A stretch of DNA of 64,000 nt from Camelus ferus (Eukaryota): contig NC_045696.1 in assembly GCF_009834535.1 (NCBI RefSeq), positions 76,324,001-76,388,000 on the forward strand, in the 5' to 3' direction. Shown here in pieces: positions 37,159 to 50,690 of the stretch. The notes below the pieces were generated by a model that was not told the origin of the DNA, did no database searches, and saw nothing but the letters and a program-made list of their open reading frames with translations. A program made the position numbers and the translations under genes. Position 1 is the stretch's first letter, and every line of letters starts with the position of its first letter.

Positions 37159-39514
37159 CAAATTTAAGCCCTGAGATTTTCCTCCAAGTACTAAACATTT
37201 CTTCTACCTTGGCCCACTCAGGTGTTCCCACTGGGGAAAGAATAATTCTCCTTTGCCTCCGACAAACATTTGTGTCAGTACACTAACTCCCCAATTTTGG
37301 CCGGGGAGTAAGCTGTACAGCTAATTCACAAATACTTTCACTTGAAATATGCATGTGGGTCTAGATGTGGAATCTTCAGAAAGCCACTACTATCTCTCTT
37401 TCCTCTGCTCCATCATTTTTATATTCATTTTGGTTTGTGGAATCTTTTTCTCACAATTCAATAGAAGCCAGAGAATTTTGAGGCAGAGTTTGACTCCTCT
37501 CCTCGGCGGAATATTTAAGTTATACATTATTGTTTGTTTTCAGGCAAACCAGTACAATTATGCAACATAAATTCTTTTAAAGCATCTGGGACTTCAGTTC
37601 AATTTAAAATCCTATGGGGTTTATTACCAGAATGAATGATTATGAAATATATGCATGCAAATGAAGAGATAAAAAAATTAAAGAGCATATGAAATTTAAT
37701 GCACACTGCTTGTAATTCCATGCCAAATTGTTGCAAAAGACAGTGGCTATGCAATATCATGTAAAAATGTGGTTTATAATATTTATGACTTGAGAATGTG
37801 GATTTAATATTCCATTGTCATGAATATATATTATAAAACAGTAGAGAATTAGTTTCTGGGTGCTAATAGGAGGGGGAAGGGAAGAAAGATTTACCTAAAG
37901 GTGTCATCAGTTTTACTACCAAAATAAAGAGCCCTGCTTTCACTCCAATAATACACCACAGTGAAAATCTTGTGAAAATGGAGATTCTCTATCTTTCAAT
38001 GTTCTTCTTCTAAGAAATTATTTGGGGCCAATCTAATTCAATCAATATGTATAAGTGTCAAAAATGTGAAAACTTATATATTTGAGACTCTGGGGGTTGA
38101 GGGAGGAGGGAATAAAAATTGAACCTTACAATCCTTATTTTTGAAGGGATCATAATTTAGAGAAACAGGCAGGTGTGTACATAAAGAATCTGAACCAGGA
38201 TTGTGTAAATTGTTGCAGTTGCCAGTAACAGGCTCCCACCTCGAGACTCCTCCTCTAAACCATCCTCCTCACTGCTGCCTGAGTCAGTTCCCCAATATAA
38301 AAATCCTCCTGTTTCAATATCCTGCACAAAGCTCTCTATTGCTTAGAAAATGCAGTGCAGACTCTTCAGTGAAAGGCCCTCAACATCTGGTCTGAAACTA
38401 CCTTTTCATATCCAAACAGCACTCTGGAACCATGGGCAAGAAAAAACAGATTCCACTCGAGCGGACTCAGAATTCCAATATAGTTTCTCAAATGTGTATG
38501 GACAGCCACTGTTTCTGCAGGACTCATCCCTTCCTAAATGTGTCTTCAGCAAGAGAACTAGCTTCCGTAGAAGGATGGAGTCACGTCAACCAGGAAGCAG
38601 CTGGGGCATCTCCTTGTAGGGACTGGTACAGAGGAAGCAAATGGGCATGTTACTATGAAAGAAATTAACTGATACTAGTATTTCCTTTTCCTAACCCCTC
38701 CCATCCCAGCCCCAGTCCCTCAAAGAGGAGAGTACCGTACTTCAAAATATATCAGATCACGGACACTTCATTCAGGAAGAGAAACTGCTCTGGGATCTGC
38801 CCTGCATACAGAAGGGTTGGTGAGATTTGGAGATAGAGAAAATTGCTTAGAATTCATTAGGCTGTGGCAGCAAGAGCCAGCATTGTACAGACGACAGTTG
38901 AGGAGCCTAGGATGGGAAGACTTTTTTCTTTGGATCTGAGTTGTTTAGTGGGTGGGGAGTTCATGCACGGTGTAGAGATGGCCCTTCTTTCACGCATCAC
39001 AGTGTGCCTGTAGAAGGGGGACACTGAGAGCACAGCAGGTGGTACGACCCCCGAGCAGTTGGTGGGGAGCACCATATCTGCCTGAACTCCCAGTGTAGCC
39101 AGGGGATCAGCCAACACCAGCACCGAGCAGAAAGCACAGGACTGATGAGGGCAGCACCATGGACCAGTGATGGCCATCCCCTTCCCTCTACCCCAGGGGC
39201 CCCTAATAGACTCACCTTCTTGTGCAATCCCAAAGAAAGGGCCATCAGAGGTTGAGTCTTCCACCAGTCAGAGACGGGAAGCTCGGAGAAACTTACATTG
39301 GATTTAGAGATTTAAGGACTTCATCTAATATCACGTTCTAAAATCTTGATATACCAAACATCCTTTAGGGGCTGTTTCCAGATAAAAATGCTAAAACTAC
39401 TAATTCCAGATTCCTGTAGGCCCTTTGACATACCAAACCCCATTCATGTGAGTCTATACAGGACACCACACAGTGCATTTCATGGGAAAACCATTTCCCC
39501 ATTTCTTTCTCCTT

Positions 39515-39832
39515 ATTTCTATAGACCATAGGCAAAATCCAGCCTACTGCCTGTTTGGTATAGCCCTTGAGCTACAAATGGTTTTTACATTTTTAAATGG
39601 TTGAAAAAAATCAAAAGAAGAAGATTTTGTGACACATAAAATTCAAATTTCCAGGGTCCATAAATAAAGCTTTATTGGAACACCCATGACCACTGGTTTC
39701 CTTGGTACTTCGTACGTCACTTTCACTACAGTGGTGGAGTTGAAGAGCTGTGACAGAGACCACATGGTCCACAAAGTCTAAAGCAGTTACTACCCGACCT
39801 TCATAGAAAAAGTTTGCTGGCTGACCTCTGCT
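39515..39832. mobile_element. hAT-Charlie MITE (MER58B-like)
   Basis: aaatccagcctactgcctgttt...gagctacaaatggtttttacatttttaaatggttgaaaaaaatcaaaagaag...aaataaagctttattggaacac...gaaaaagtttgctg. Confidence 0.85.
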
Positions 39833-40684
39833 TAGGACATGTAGAGGAAGAAGTGATCAATAATATTTTGGAGGGAGGGGGACATTCTTTATTAGTAAAT
39901 CAAGTGCCAACTGCAAGGCAGGAAGCATATTCTAGCCCTAGTCTCAAGACATCTCTGTCCTGTCCTAAGTGGGGAGAGGGCAACAGGGCCCCAAATCTTC
40001 TTGGATAGACAGAGAGCTTCTATCCAATGTGAGGCCTTGGAACTGAGTAGACAGTGGAATAAAAAGGAGAAAGACACCCAAAGAAACCAAAGAGGGACTG
40101 GACAGTCCCCAGGCCAGTAGCATCTACTGCGTCACTGTAATAACGTATGTAAGGAAGGTGAGCATGGGAAGGGGAGGGGTCAGGCAGCCTGGGCTGGTAA
40201 AGGAGTTCCCCAGCTGCCGGCCCTGTAAGGGCAACATCCTTCCTTGCACACAGAGCAGTGGAAGTAGAACAAGGTAATATCTTGACTGAAAACTCTGGGA
40301 GGGTTACAACAGGGAGAGCAGCCTCCTGCCAGGTGTCCACAGAGAGCTTTTCCAGGCCTGAACTAAGACAGCTGAGACGTGCTCTGGGGAACCAGGCCTT
40401 CAGAGTGGAGCGGACTGTTATTCCTCAGTAATTATATTCTACTGGGAGAGCAGCTATTTTAAATATATGGGGGAAGAACAAAACCTTTTAGTAATTAAAA
40501 TATATGCCTCAAGGAACTGTTTAAAACCATTTTTTTCTGTTTCTCTCTTTAACTGAAAAATATTAGAAATGGATATGAATGCTCACTAATGTCATTCTTC
40601 CATACTCCTCTCTTGACCGTCTTTTGTTTTAAATCGAATTAGGCAAACTGCTGATTCAGAACAACACCTAATCATTTTTGCAGT

Positions 40685-41010
40685 CCTTTCATTCTACAAA
40701 CATTTATTAAGCACTTATTAGTTGCAAGGCACTGTGCCAAGGAGAAGCGGGAGAAAAGCAAATGAATAAAGTCTCAGCCCCAGAGAGACTTGCGGTTCAG
40801 TAGGAGAGATACAAAATATGACCAAAAATAACAAATATTTAATACTGGGTAGAAACCATATGGGTATGTGTGCATCTTAATTGTAAATCTGCTGAGATAC
40901 TTGGGTTGTGCAAAGTGAGAAGCTGAGCCTGGATAACTGAAACAAAACAAACTTCCCCCGCAGCGAGCAGTGCACCCCGTGAAAGGGGGTTTCTGAGCCA
41001 ATTGTCTAAG
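40685..41010 (+). mobile_element. L2 3'-end fragment (read tail-first on +)
   Basis: cattctacaaacatttattaagcacttattagttgcaaggcactgtgc. Confidence 0.6.
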
Positions 41011-41268
41011 TCAGTATTTTTCAAAGTCTGGCTGGAAGTCTGCTCCACCCACCATCAGAATAACCTGAGACGCTTGCTAAAGGCTCAGCCACCTCTCCTC
41101 AGCCCAGCAGGGAATCTCTAAGGTAGGACCCAGCATTCTGCCTGTGAACGAGCCCCATGGGTGCCCAAGGGTGATCCCTATGGCATTTTCCAGCCAGAGA
41201 CTCAAGAATCAGTAGTTTGTAACACTCCCCAGGTGATCCGAATGTGCCACCAAGTTTGAGAACCTGTA
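41011..41268. mobile_element. hAT-Charlie MITE(s) (MER5-like)
   Basis: cagtatttttcaaagt...catcagaataacctg...aacactccccaggtgatcc...caagtttgagaacc. Confidence 0.7.
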
Positions 41269-41867
41269 TTCTAGCACTGCTGTTCCCATAATTTTACATA
41301 AAGAAGCAGCAGCTCTATCTATTTCAAAACAATTTTTTTCATTTTCATTTATGTAGGTAGATCTTCATTTAATTATTGAATAGCCTGTTTTTTCCTTTTG
41401 TTTAATACATCCTCCAAGGTTTTGGACTTTACAATACAAACTTGATCTGTTAATGTAGTAGATGTGTACCAGGGACCATGTGAAGAACCAGAGGAGAAAA
41501 GATGAATCGTACAGTCCAACAAAGGTGATAGACAAGCAACAATGTGACAAATGGGTACATTCAGTGTGTCCAAGGGGCTGTGGAGACACCGCAGTGCCTA
41601 CCAGCCTGGAACTGGGGTGCCAGGGTAGGCTGGGAGGGAAAGTCAATGCAGGGGCTCCCCAGAGAAGAAAGCCCTTACGCTGAGTGTCAGATGCACAGAA
41701 ATAGCCTTGCAGAGCTGAGCCGACATCAATTGCAAAAGCATAGTCGTATCTGAGTGGTTTGGAATTTCTGGAGTGTGATGTGGCTATGAAGCGTCCCTGG
41801 CCTGAAGGACTGCTTGGGCTATCCTGCCAGGCTCTTCAGGGCCAAGAAAAGCCATTGTCTGGTTGAT

Positions 41868-42024
41868 AAGTCTCAATCCCAGCTGTAGATCAGAACCACT
41901 TGGGCTATTTTAAAATTAAAATCCAAGCCCCACCCCCCAGCAATTCTGATATAATGACACTCAGGCACCTCTATTTTTCAACAAGTTCCTCTGGGGATTC
42001 TAGGAGCCAGGGCTGAGAGTCACA
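41868..42024. mobile_element. hAT-Charlie MITE (MER5A-like)
   Basis: tctcaatcccagctg...tcagaaccacttgg...ccccacccccagcaattctgat...gagccagggctgagagtcac. Confidence 0.65.
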
Positions 42025-43919
42025 GATGGAGTCTTGGTAAACAGAAAGCTGGCCTTGGCCATGGGCTAACCAGGATTTCCCGGTTGGCTGGAGTAGTTTG
42101 GGGGCTGAGTCTGCAGACCGTTCCCCCAACCCCCCAACCTATTCACCTTCTCTGCTCAGGCCTGTGGTCACTTCACTGGCTTCCAAGGGGAAAAGCCCAG
42201 GCTGCCTGCGGGTGGTTCCCAAGCCTGCTGCTCACCTTACACGGAGAGCGCTGAGTGATCTCTGGCCACACCCAGGTGCTCAAGCAGCCACACCTGCATT
42301 CCGAGAAGACTGCATTCCTGGGAGCATTACAAGCTCACCCTCATTTCTGGAGGGAAGGGGCCTATGTGGGCAGTGGGGGCAAACCCTGTAGTGCCCTTGT
42401 GGATGTATCTCCCCAAAATACATGTGAGTACTTGTCAAATGCTGAGACTCGTGAATTCTACCATAGCACACAAAAGAATTTCTCCCATTAAATTTAGTGA
42501 AAGGGACTACAACATTGTAATCAGATACTTAATGAAAATAATGGACTATATAAGGAGGGATGGAAATAGTGAACCTGCCCAAGAGATGCAGCCAGCTAAG
42601 TTTGCACACCAGCAGAGTGAGTCCTGGGCCACTGCGCCCAGACAGCATGTGATTCAAATCTGTGCTTGAGCAGAAGAACAAATTACTATAAGTCATAAAT
42701 CTTCTGGGTCATCTGCAAATAGCTGAAACCGGGAATGTTAAATCCGTGAATGCCAAGGGTGCATTCATACATCAAAATGAACATTTGTGCCAACAACACG
42801 AGTCCAAGTGAGAGAAATGTGCAGTTGCATTTATGTGTAAACAGGATAGATAAAAATTTATCCTTTGCCTCTTTGAAACAATATCTTTACAGCCCCCTAC
42901 ATTTCAAAGTCAGAGATAGGTATAATAAACAGATTTTTCTGAATCAAAATCAGAGCTTGTGATTTAAGAAAATATTTTTTTTCTGTGTTGTAAATGTATT
43001 TACAAAGAAGATTGCCTTGGGCTCCTAAGTGGACACAAATGCTTCAAAAACACTGATGCTGACAGGAAGCGTGAAGGCTGGACATTCATCTGAAGAAGGC
43101 AGGAGGCTGAACCACACAGGACTTAGGTGAAGGTGAGATTACCTCTGATCAAGGAGCCCTGGGAGCCCATGGGACTCTACTGACAGCCCAGGGACATCCG
43201 AGAGGAAGAGCAGCAAAAGTCCCAAGTCGAAATGAAGAGGCAGACAGTGCCCTCCTCCTTAGGAGATCACCAAGGCAGCTGCACTAACATCTAAGAGAGT
43301 AGACTCCACCCCAGGGCAGAGAGGAAGAAGAAAAAACCTGAGGGGGAATTTTAACTTGAATGTGACTGAATTATAAACCTGAACTTGCTGAGAAGTATCT
43401 GAATTGGAGTGAGTTTACTTGGAAATGACTAAATTCAGAACTTTCTGCTGTGTCAGAAATTACATTTACTATGAGAAGATAAAGAAGACAATTTTGCACA
43501 AGTGTGTGATTGGGAAAGAAAAATCTGGGCTTTGTTTATTCTCTACGCCTCAAGTCGGCAAGGTCCCTCCCTTCATTGAGGCCAGCGCAAGAGTGGCAGC
43601 CACTCCCTGAGATCTCCTTCCAAAGCCCTGGTAGTGGGAAGTGGCCAAGCTAAGGCCACCAGCAGAGACAGGTGTATCTATGCATTTCATCATTTATTAC
43701 TCAACAATTGTCTTCTTTGTGCTCCATACCCTCAAATCTTGGCATTCCGGATCGGGGAGCCAAGGGGCAGTTTGGGAATCCAAGAACAACCACACCAGGC
43801 TTTCTTCTAGCTGGACAGCCCCCTTTAAAAAAAACTTTCCTTAACAAAGAGGGTATTTTTTAACTATAAAAGCCAGGGTTGCCATTGTGTCAGGGAATTG
43901 AGCACACACACCCAACCCT

Positions 43920-44685
43920 GCACTGGGAGTAGAATGTAAACTTGAGTGGCTTTTCTGGAAGGCCATGAGATGCTATGTATCAAAAGTCTTTAAAATGTGC
44001 ATACCTTCTAAACCAGAAATTCTAGGACTAGAAATTTGCTTAAGGCAGTAATTACATAGATCAATATAGTGTAGTGGTTAAGAGCCAATCCTTGATGTCA
44101 ATAGAATCTGGGTTCAGGTCCAGATTCCATTGAGTAGGGGAATGAAACTGGACAGATTACTGAATGTGAACTTAAACACCCTGGTATGTGAAATGGGGGT
44201 TATGGTAACAGCCGTTGCACAAGGCTGTGATGAGGAGAAGATGAGCTCAAGCATGGAAATTCTCAGCACCAGCACACCTTGCAAGGTACATAAAGATGAT
44301 GATACAAGAATGGTCATCACACCATTGTTTGTAAAAGGGAAAAAGCTAAAATGCAATGAAACTGTCTAATAACAAGTGATTCATTAAATAAATTATGGCA
44401 CACCCATTTAATGCATATTAAGCTGTCCCTTTAAAATGTTACGGAAATGTACCTATTGCTATAGAAAGAGACTCACAATGTACCATCAAGTGAAAGCAGC
44501 AGGTTTACAAATTAGCACACACAGCATGGTCCACTTTCCTTTATACATGTATACATATGCATAGAAAAATACATGGAAAGATGGACTATGAGATATTAAG
44601 ATCATTGTCTGTGAGTGAAAGATTTTTTAACCTGTATTATCTTTGGCTTTTTGTATTGAATCTGTATTGTGTTTGCAATAAGCAA
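43920..44685 (+). mobile_element. Ancient L1ME 3' fragment interrupted by a MIR
   Basis: aaaatgtgcataccttctaaaccagaaattctaggactagaaattt resumes after 44280 as acaagaatggtcatcacaccattgtttgtaa...ttaaataaattatggcacacccat. Confidence 0.65.
44065..44280 (-). mobile_element. MIR SINE nested in L1ME
   Basis: tagtgtagtggttaagagc...atctgggttcaggtcccagattcca...tgtgaaatgggg. Confidence 0.7.
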
Positions 44686-44789
44686 AAAAAAAAAAAAAAA
44701 TTCATGATAATGTCACTTTTAAAATACAAATGCTCCTTGGGAAGTCACAGGAAAATGTTATCAGTTTTCAAAAATCAAGATGATCTCTC

Positions 44790-45538
44790 ATAGAAGAATT
44801 CCAATTAATAATGTAGAAGGGGTGAGGGGAGTAGAAAACCACTATCAGAAAAACACAGTAAAAATCACTGCAGGCACAAGCCACCAATGGATGCTAAAAT
44901 TTGTGCATGAAAGCTCAAGGAGTAGAATATTTGCACTGACTCAAAAAAGTCATTAATTACCAAAGGGAAAACAGTAGCTTTACCATGGAGAAGACAGGCA
45001 GACAGCACCTTAACTGTGTGACAAGTTAACATTGCCAGCAATGAGACACATCAGCACCATGAACCCCCTCATATGATTCTCTGCATGAGAAGCTCATGCA
45101 ATATTCTTGCCAAAAAGGCACAACTTCCAAAGCACCATGAGAACACATCAGACAAATGCAAATTGACAGACATCTACAGAATACCTGACCAGCTCTCCTG
45201 AAGAGTGGCAAGTTCACGAAAGACAAGGAAAGCCCAAGGAACTGTCATAGGTTGGAAGAGACAAAGGAGACACGACAACTAAGTGTAATGTGAGATCCTG
45301 GACTGGCTCTTAGAGGAACTAAAGAACACTGGTGGAGGGACTGGGGAAATCCAAATACAGTCAGTCACTGAACTAACAGGATTATCCTAATATTAACTTC
45401 TTAGTGCTGTTAACTGGTATATGGTTATATTAGATATTAACGTTAGAGGAAGCTGGGTGACAGGTACATGGGACTCTCCATACTATTTCTGCAACTTAAT
45501 TATAAGTCTAAAATTATTTCAAAATTAAAAGTTTAAGT
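44790..45538 (+). mobile_element. L1MC-like 3'UTR fragment
   Basis: aaagggaaaacagtagctttaccatggaga...aatgtgagatcctggactgg...gaagctgggtgacaggtacatgggactctc...taagtctaaaattatttcaaaattaaaagttta. Confidence 0.8.
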
Positions 45539-46149
45539 ATAAAGCAAGACTGGAGAAGCCTAGGTATTTGGAGTTAGGCATTATTGGGAGGTCCCTAAGA
45601 CAGCCCAGGCAGGAAAGGTCTCAGTCCCGTATCTCCTTCTCATATTTGAATAGAAAATATTACTTTTACAACTTGTTAGGTTAAAATTAGATTAAAGCAA
45701 ATATAAGAGGATGTAGCATAGCAGTTTTCAGCAGATAGCCACAGAGAACATTCAGAGATAGTATCAACATTCAACATTTCTCTTTTGAATTGTCACTCTT
45801 CAAAAGCTGAAATCTCCTCATTCCAGTTCATTGGTTCAATTCTCCTTTTTATCTCAATAATCGTTTTTAAAGTCATATCTGTAAGTTAACAAAAACTAAA
45901 GATCAAAGTCTTTTGTATTTTAAATATCCCCAAAAGTGTCTTTATTATTGCCTATTTCTCTTTTCTGCCCTCTGAGAATCAGATATGAAATGTTTCCTCA
46001 ATGCCTACTGAATTGGTATCTGATGCAGAAAGAAAATCACCCATCTAGACAAACTAGTAGACTTCATGCTTCCTATGGGAACAGAAGTTTTAATCTCCCA
46101 TTCCAAGCCTCTTGGTGATTAAAACAAGTAGCAAATACAAACACAACTA

Positions 46150-46335
46150 AATTTATTGACGTTTACTATATGTGTACTTATATCATTTCATTAGTCCTCA
46201 CAATAACCCACCAAAAAGGAATTGGTATGGGTACCATCTCCATCTTACAAATGACAAAACTGAGGCTTGAGAAATTAATTAATTTTTTTCAAATTCACAA
46301 AATAAATGGCAGAATCGGGTCCCAGGTGCCGATTT
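46150..46335 (+). mobile_element. MIR SINE
   Basis: tttcattagtcctcacaataaccc...ccatcttacaaatgacaaaactgaggctt. Confidence 0.7.
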
Positions 46336-46734
46336 ATTGTTTGCTCTTTTCAAAATTTTTGTGAATGCTCGCTGATGAATACCACTGGTACTAGAGGTCA
46401 AACCTCTGGAAATCCACAACCACTGGTTGAGGAAAAGATGCCTATTGCACGGAGGAGCCTGCTGGTATAGATCACCCTTTCTTTCTTATATAGGGTAACG
46501 AAGAATACATAGATCTGATTAGAACAAGGCAAACCAAAACTATACCATGCAAATCAATGCAAGGACCCAAAGGGATCTTGCTAATCTAGGACTTCTCCTT
46601 AGCCATACAGAGATCATTTTACATTTTAACATGCAAAATTTCACTTGACTTAAGATGAAGACTACATTCCGTAGTCACTAGAATTCCACATGTGGAGACA
46701 TTTACTATACGGATTATACGACTTCCTTAGGGAT

Positions 46735-47470
46735 ACACTCTTCCCTCCTCTAAACCATCCTACATACATCTGCCAGATTAATTTTCTTAAAGTTTTAATT
46801 ACCTCATTCCTCAGCTGGAAAAGCTTAAATGGCTTCACATTGCCTTTGAAATATTGTCTAAATTCCTCAACAGTCTGGCTCCAATCTCTCTTTCCAATAA
46901 AATTTTATCATCAGTTAGGATAATTTCTGTAACAACCAACAGAAATCCCAACTCAAACTGGCCTAAATAGAAGGAAACATGTTCTCATATAACTGGAGAA
47001 CAAGAGCTGTATGGGCTCTGAGGTGACTTAATCCAGTGGTTTTTGTTCCATGTACCTAGGGTTAGTTCATACTCTCTCTCTCTCTCTCTCTCCCCTTCTC
47101 TTTCCTCTGGTCAATCATACTGTACTCAAGCCAAATGAAAACACACATCCTCACTTTCCCACTTTGTCATGGAACCTCCTGCCCACCACTTCTACCCATC
47201 CTTCAGGCCCACATCTTCCATGGCCCATCCCTGTTTTTCCCAGCAGAGAGGCTGGCCCACTTTCTCTATAAATTCACGGCACTTTATTCCTGTGTCTTTG
47301 GCCCTTACTATGACCTGTCTTGTAAAATAGTCACTTACATCTATGCCTTAACTCCTGTACTAAACAATAAGGTCCCTAAGAGCTGAGTCCATGTCCAGCC
47401 CTCTCTGCATTCCAGGTTCCTGACTAGTGCTTTGTACACAGCTCTCAATAAATGAGCCAATAAATCAACA
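46735..47470 (-). mobile_element. L2 fragment with an internal MLT1-like insert (about 46905-47050)
   Basis: L2-like ccagattaattttcttaaa...aatggcttcacattgcc and tail ctctcaataaatg; insert tcagttagga...aacagaaatcccaactcaaactggcctaa resembles an MLT1J/K end. Confidence 0.5.
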
Positions 47471-47509
47471 GAGTCAACCTTATGAGAAAATCTGCATGGT
47501 TATTTTTCT

Positions 47510-47690
47510 TTTTTCTTTTTTGTTTTGTTTTGTTTCAAATGAAAGCACACATTTTTGGCTTGTTTGTTTTATAAGGGGGAGGTAATTGGGTTTCCTCATT
47601 GATTTCCACTTGGAGCAGGCACTGGGGATTGAATCCATGAGCTCCTGGGCGCTGAGCATGCGCTCTACCACTTGAGCTACACCCTTCTCC
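47510..47690 (-). mobile_element. tRNA-Ala-derived SINE (Vic-1-like, camelid type) with TSD
   Basis: Reverse strand GGGTGTAGCTCAAGTGGTAGAGCGCATGC...GGATTCAATCCCCAG...AAACCCAATTACCTCCCCC plus A-rich tail; TSD ctgca(t/c)ggttatttttct at 47492-47509 and 47691-47708. Confidence 0.88.
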
Positions 47691-48884
47691 CTGCACGGTT
47701 ATTTTTCTAAGGTACCATTTTCTCCCTCTCATTTGGTGGTCTTCAGGGCCTAACACAAATAAGAAAAGTTTTTGTCTTTCAGCTAAACATGCCATTCTCA
47801 TTAAACAATAAAAAGGACTTCCTTTTTTAAAAATTAATTTTCACAAAACTCCTAAACCTTGGGTTGAAAACAACAAGAGAACACTCAGGTTTGGAGGAGG
47901 AGATTCCCGGAGAAAACAGAACTTTGAACAGAAGAGCTGTTCCAAAGTCTAAAACAATCATGGGATCTGGGCTAAGCCTGCCTCGTGTTGGTGATACTCC
48001 CTTTGTGTCCCTCCTGACCAGCAAGCTATTCTTATCTACGTGAGACAGCAGACGAACCCAGCATCTCTTGGCATCACTTACTCTCTCAACCCATCCAGAG
48101 GCCTGAAGTCACCGGCTCTAAGATTTGCCTGCCCAGAGGGGAGTCCAAGAGAAACCCTACGAGAAATTGCATGGTAAATTCAGGCTCCTCCTGACCACCT
48201 CCCTACCCAGTATCGTTACCACATAAACCACATTGGAATCTATATTTTATCAAGCAAATTGGGCACTAGTTTCCTGTAGTTTTAATAACAGCCAAGAAGT
48301 CAGCAAAAGGCAACATGAAGCCTGAGTGCTCTGAGGGAGAGAATGAATTTGCTATGGTGTAGGATGAGGTCAGTGGTCTGGCATTGGGATTCATTCAATT
48401 ACTCATCCTAAAATATTTAATAAGTGCCTGTTAGGTGTTAGGTACTATATTAGTTATAAGCTTCAAACTTCTTTTGGGCCATCTGGAAAAGCCAACCTTC
48501 TCTTCCCCCAAAGCCATCTCCCTCATCTGTGGCCCAACAGCTCAAGATCGCCTTGGCATGTGGAGCTCAGGGTCAGCGGCTTTCAAGTCACAGGGCAGAT
48601 GTGGCCAAGCATCCCTGTGGGCTGCAGTTGTGACAAGCCAGCTGGCCATGCTCCATGGATTGCTAAATGAGGGGGGAAATTCACTCAATCATCCCTTGTG
48701 AAAAAGGCTGTAAGAATATATTGCTTATGACTTGCAACTAAAACCTCACTGTTGATCATGAGACAGAGCAGTCTCATGCTGAACTGAGGTGATCACCCTA
48801 ACACCAAATTTGGGGGGTTTCCATGATGATGGTTAGTGGCTCAGAAGGGCAGCTGGCTGATAAGTAGGTAGATCACTCGTCCAC

Positions 48885-49140
48885 CATTCATTCATTCATT
48901 CATGTATTGGTTCATTCATCCAGCACTGAGAAACTTCCATTTGCCAGGTTCTCTAACCCTGAAGAGCTAACAGTCAGGGAGACAAAGATGTTAAACACAT
49001 AATTACTCCGTGCTATGATCCATGCTGTGATAGAAATAAGCACGGAGTGAGGGAGCACAGAGAGGAAATGGCAGACTGCGCCTGGAGAGTCAGAGAAGGC
49101 TCAGAGAAAGGGGAACACGGGATCAAGGAAGGATGTAAAC
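48885..49140 (+). mobile_element. L2 3' end with (TTCA)n tail
   Basis: cattcattcattcatt followed by gggagcacagagagg...gagtcagagaaggct. Confidence 0.65.
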
Positions 49141-50519
49141 ATCAGAGACGTTCCAACCCACAAGCTATTCCCGTGACTTCAAAGTAAGTGCAAACACAAG
49201 TGGAGATATGAGTAGATTTACTTTAAATATAGAAGAGTTGGAAAAGGACAGGTAAGGACATTTCAGCTAAATATGGGGATAAAATCATTGCAAGAAGACA
49301 ACCCAAGTCGCTAATCATTTTCTTATTGGCAATAACAACTTCTTTCCTGAGGCCCTTCTCTGTTTCCTCAGCTCCCTGTTGTTTGTGGGTAAATATCCAC
49401 CTGCTATTTTACAGTATTTCTGCTTAATTGGCAACCAGCTGCCTCTAGGAAATAAGATATTATGTTGAAGTGTAACTATTTTTTCCACCCCTATCTTATC
49501 ACCAAGAAAAAGACTGAGTTGAGAAAATATATTCTTAAAATAGATAGCTTCTTTAAAAAAAAAAAAAACACAACAGCAATGAGATACAAAGTTAGTGCTG
49601 AGAATTCTGTCTGAAGGTGTCAGTTCACGGTAGACAAAGACTGAACAATCATGATCTGGTGAGTTTTACTGCATTCACAAAGCAACAGGAGCTGACCTAG
49701 TCAAACATTAGTGATCACTTCTGTATCAAATCTAAAAATTAGCTACTCCCTGAATTGCCTCGCTTGAGAGTGTTTTTATTTGAAATGTGTATGGCCTTTG
49801 GAATTTTTGAGACTTTTCAGAAGAAAATTTCCATAGTCTGGGATCTGGGTTTCTGAGTCACCTGGACGCTGCCTCCCCACTCAGTATAGCTTTGGTAGGA
49901 AGCGCCAGAGAACTGGAGCACTTTGGAAGAGAGCCATGCACACAAGGTTGGAGCATGCATGACTAAGACCACCTTGACTGGTAAAGGAAGAAAAACAAAG
50001 ACATCAAGGCGTAACTGGCTAAAGAGCAGCCCAGGGAGATGGGAAATGCCTAAAGCAAAGAATAAACAGTGCAATTCCAGTGCTCTGGTCCATGGAATGG
50101 GAGAGATTTGCCCGTGGCGGGAAGGGTTGGGGGTGGTACCATTGTGCACAGCCTGCTACGGGAACCTAACTTCACAGCGTCCCTATCTCTATTTGTTAAC
50201 ACTGATGCTAGCAAACAAAACAAATAGTTAATTTTTTCATCTAGAAGACATCAAGATTATGATACAGGAATAAAGACACAGTGTCTTATAGAGGTAGCAG
50301 ATTAAGGCCCAAAGCAGTTCAATGGCCTCCTTATAATCCCAAATAACTTAATAATATAAGAAACTGAACAGCAAACACTTCCAGACTGAAGGTGGAAATC
50401 TCCCTGCCGACAGCTCAGATCTAGGGTATTTTTCTGAACTTGAAAGGGGGCAACAAGAAATGCTTTATAGGAATGAGTATATGTTTCCTCCAAGTCATCA
50501 TAAAAATCATAACAAATCA

Positions 50520-50690
50520 TAACATTTTGGAATTCAGGAAAATCTAATGAAATTCAATTCCTCCTTTTTATACGTGAGGAAGACGAGGCCCCAGGGAATA
50601 CAGTGACCTCCTTAAAGTAATACAGCTACCAAAGTATATGAAAAAGCCAAAGCTTATGCTCGAGTCATCTGATCCCAACTTCAAACTACC
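50520..50690 (+). mobile_element. MIR SINE
   Basis: ttttatacgtgaggaagacgaggccccaggga...gtgacctccttaaagtaatacagcta. Confidence 0.6.
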
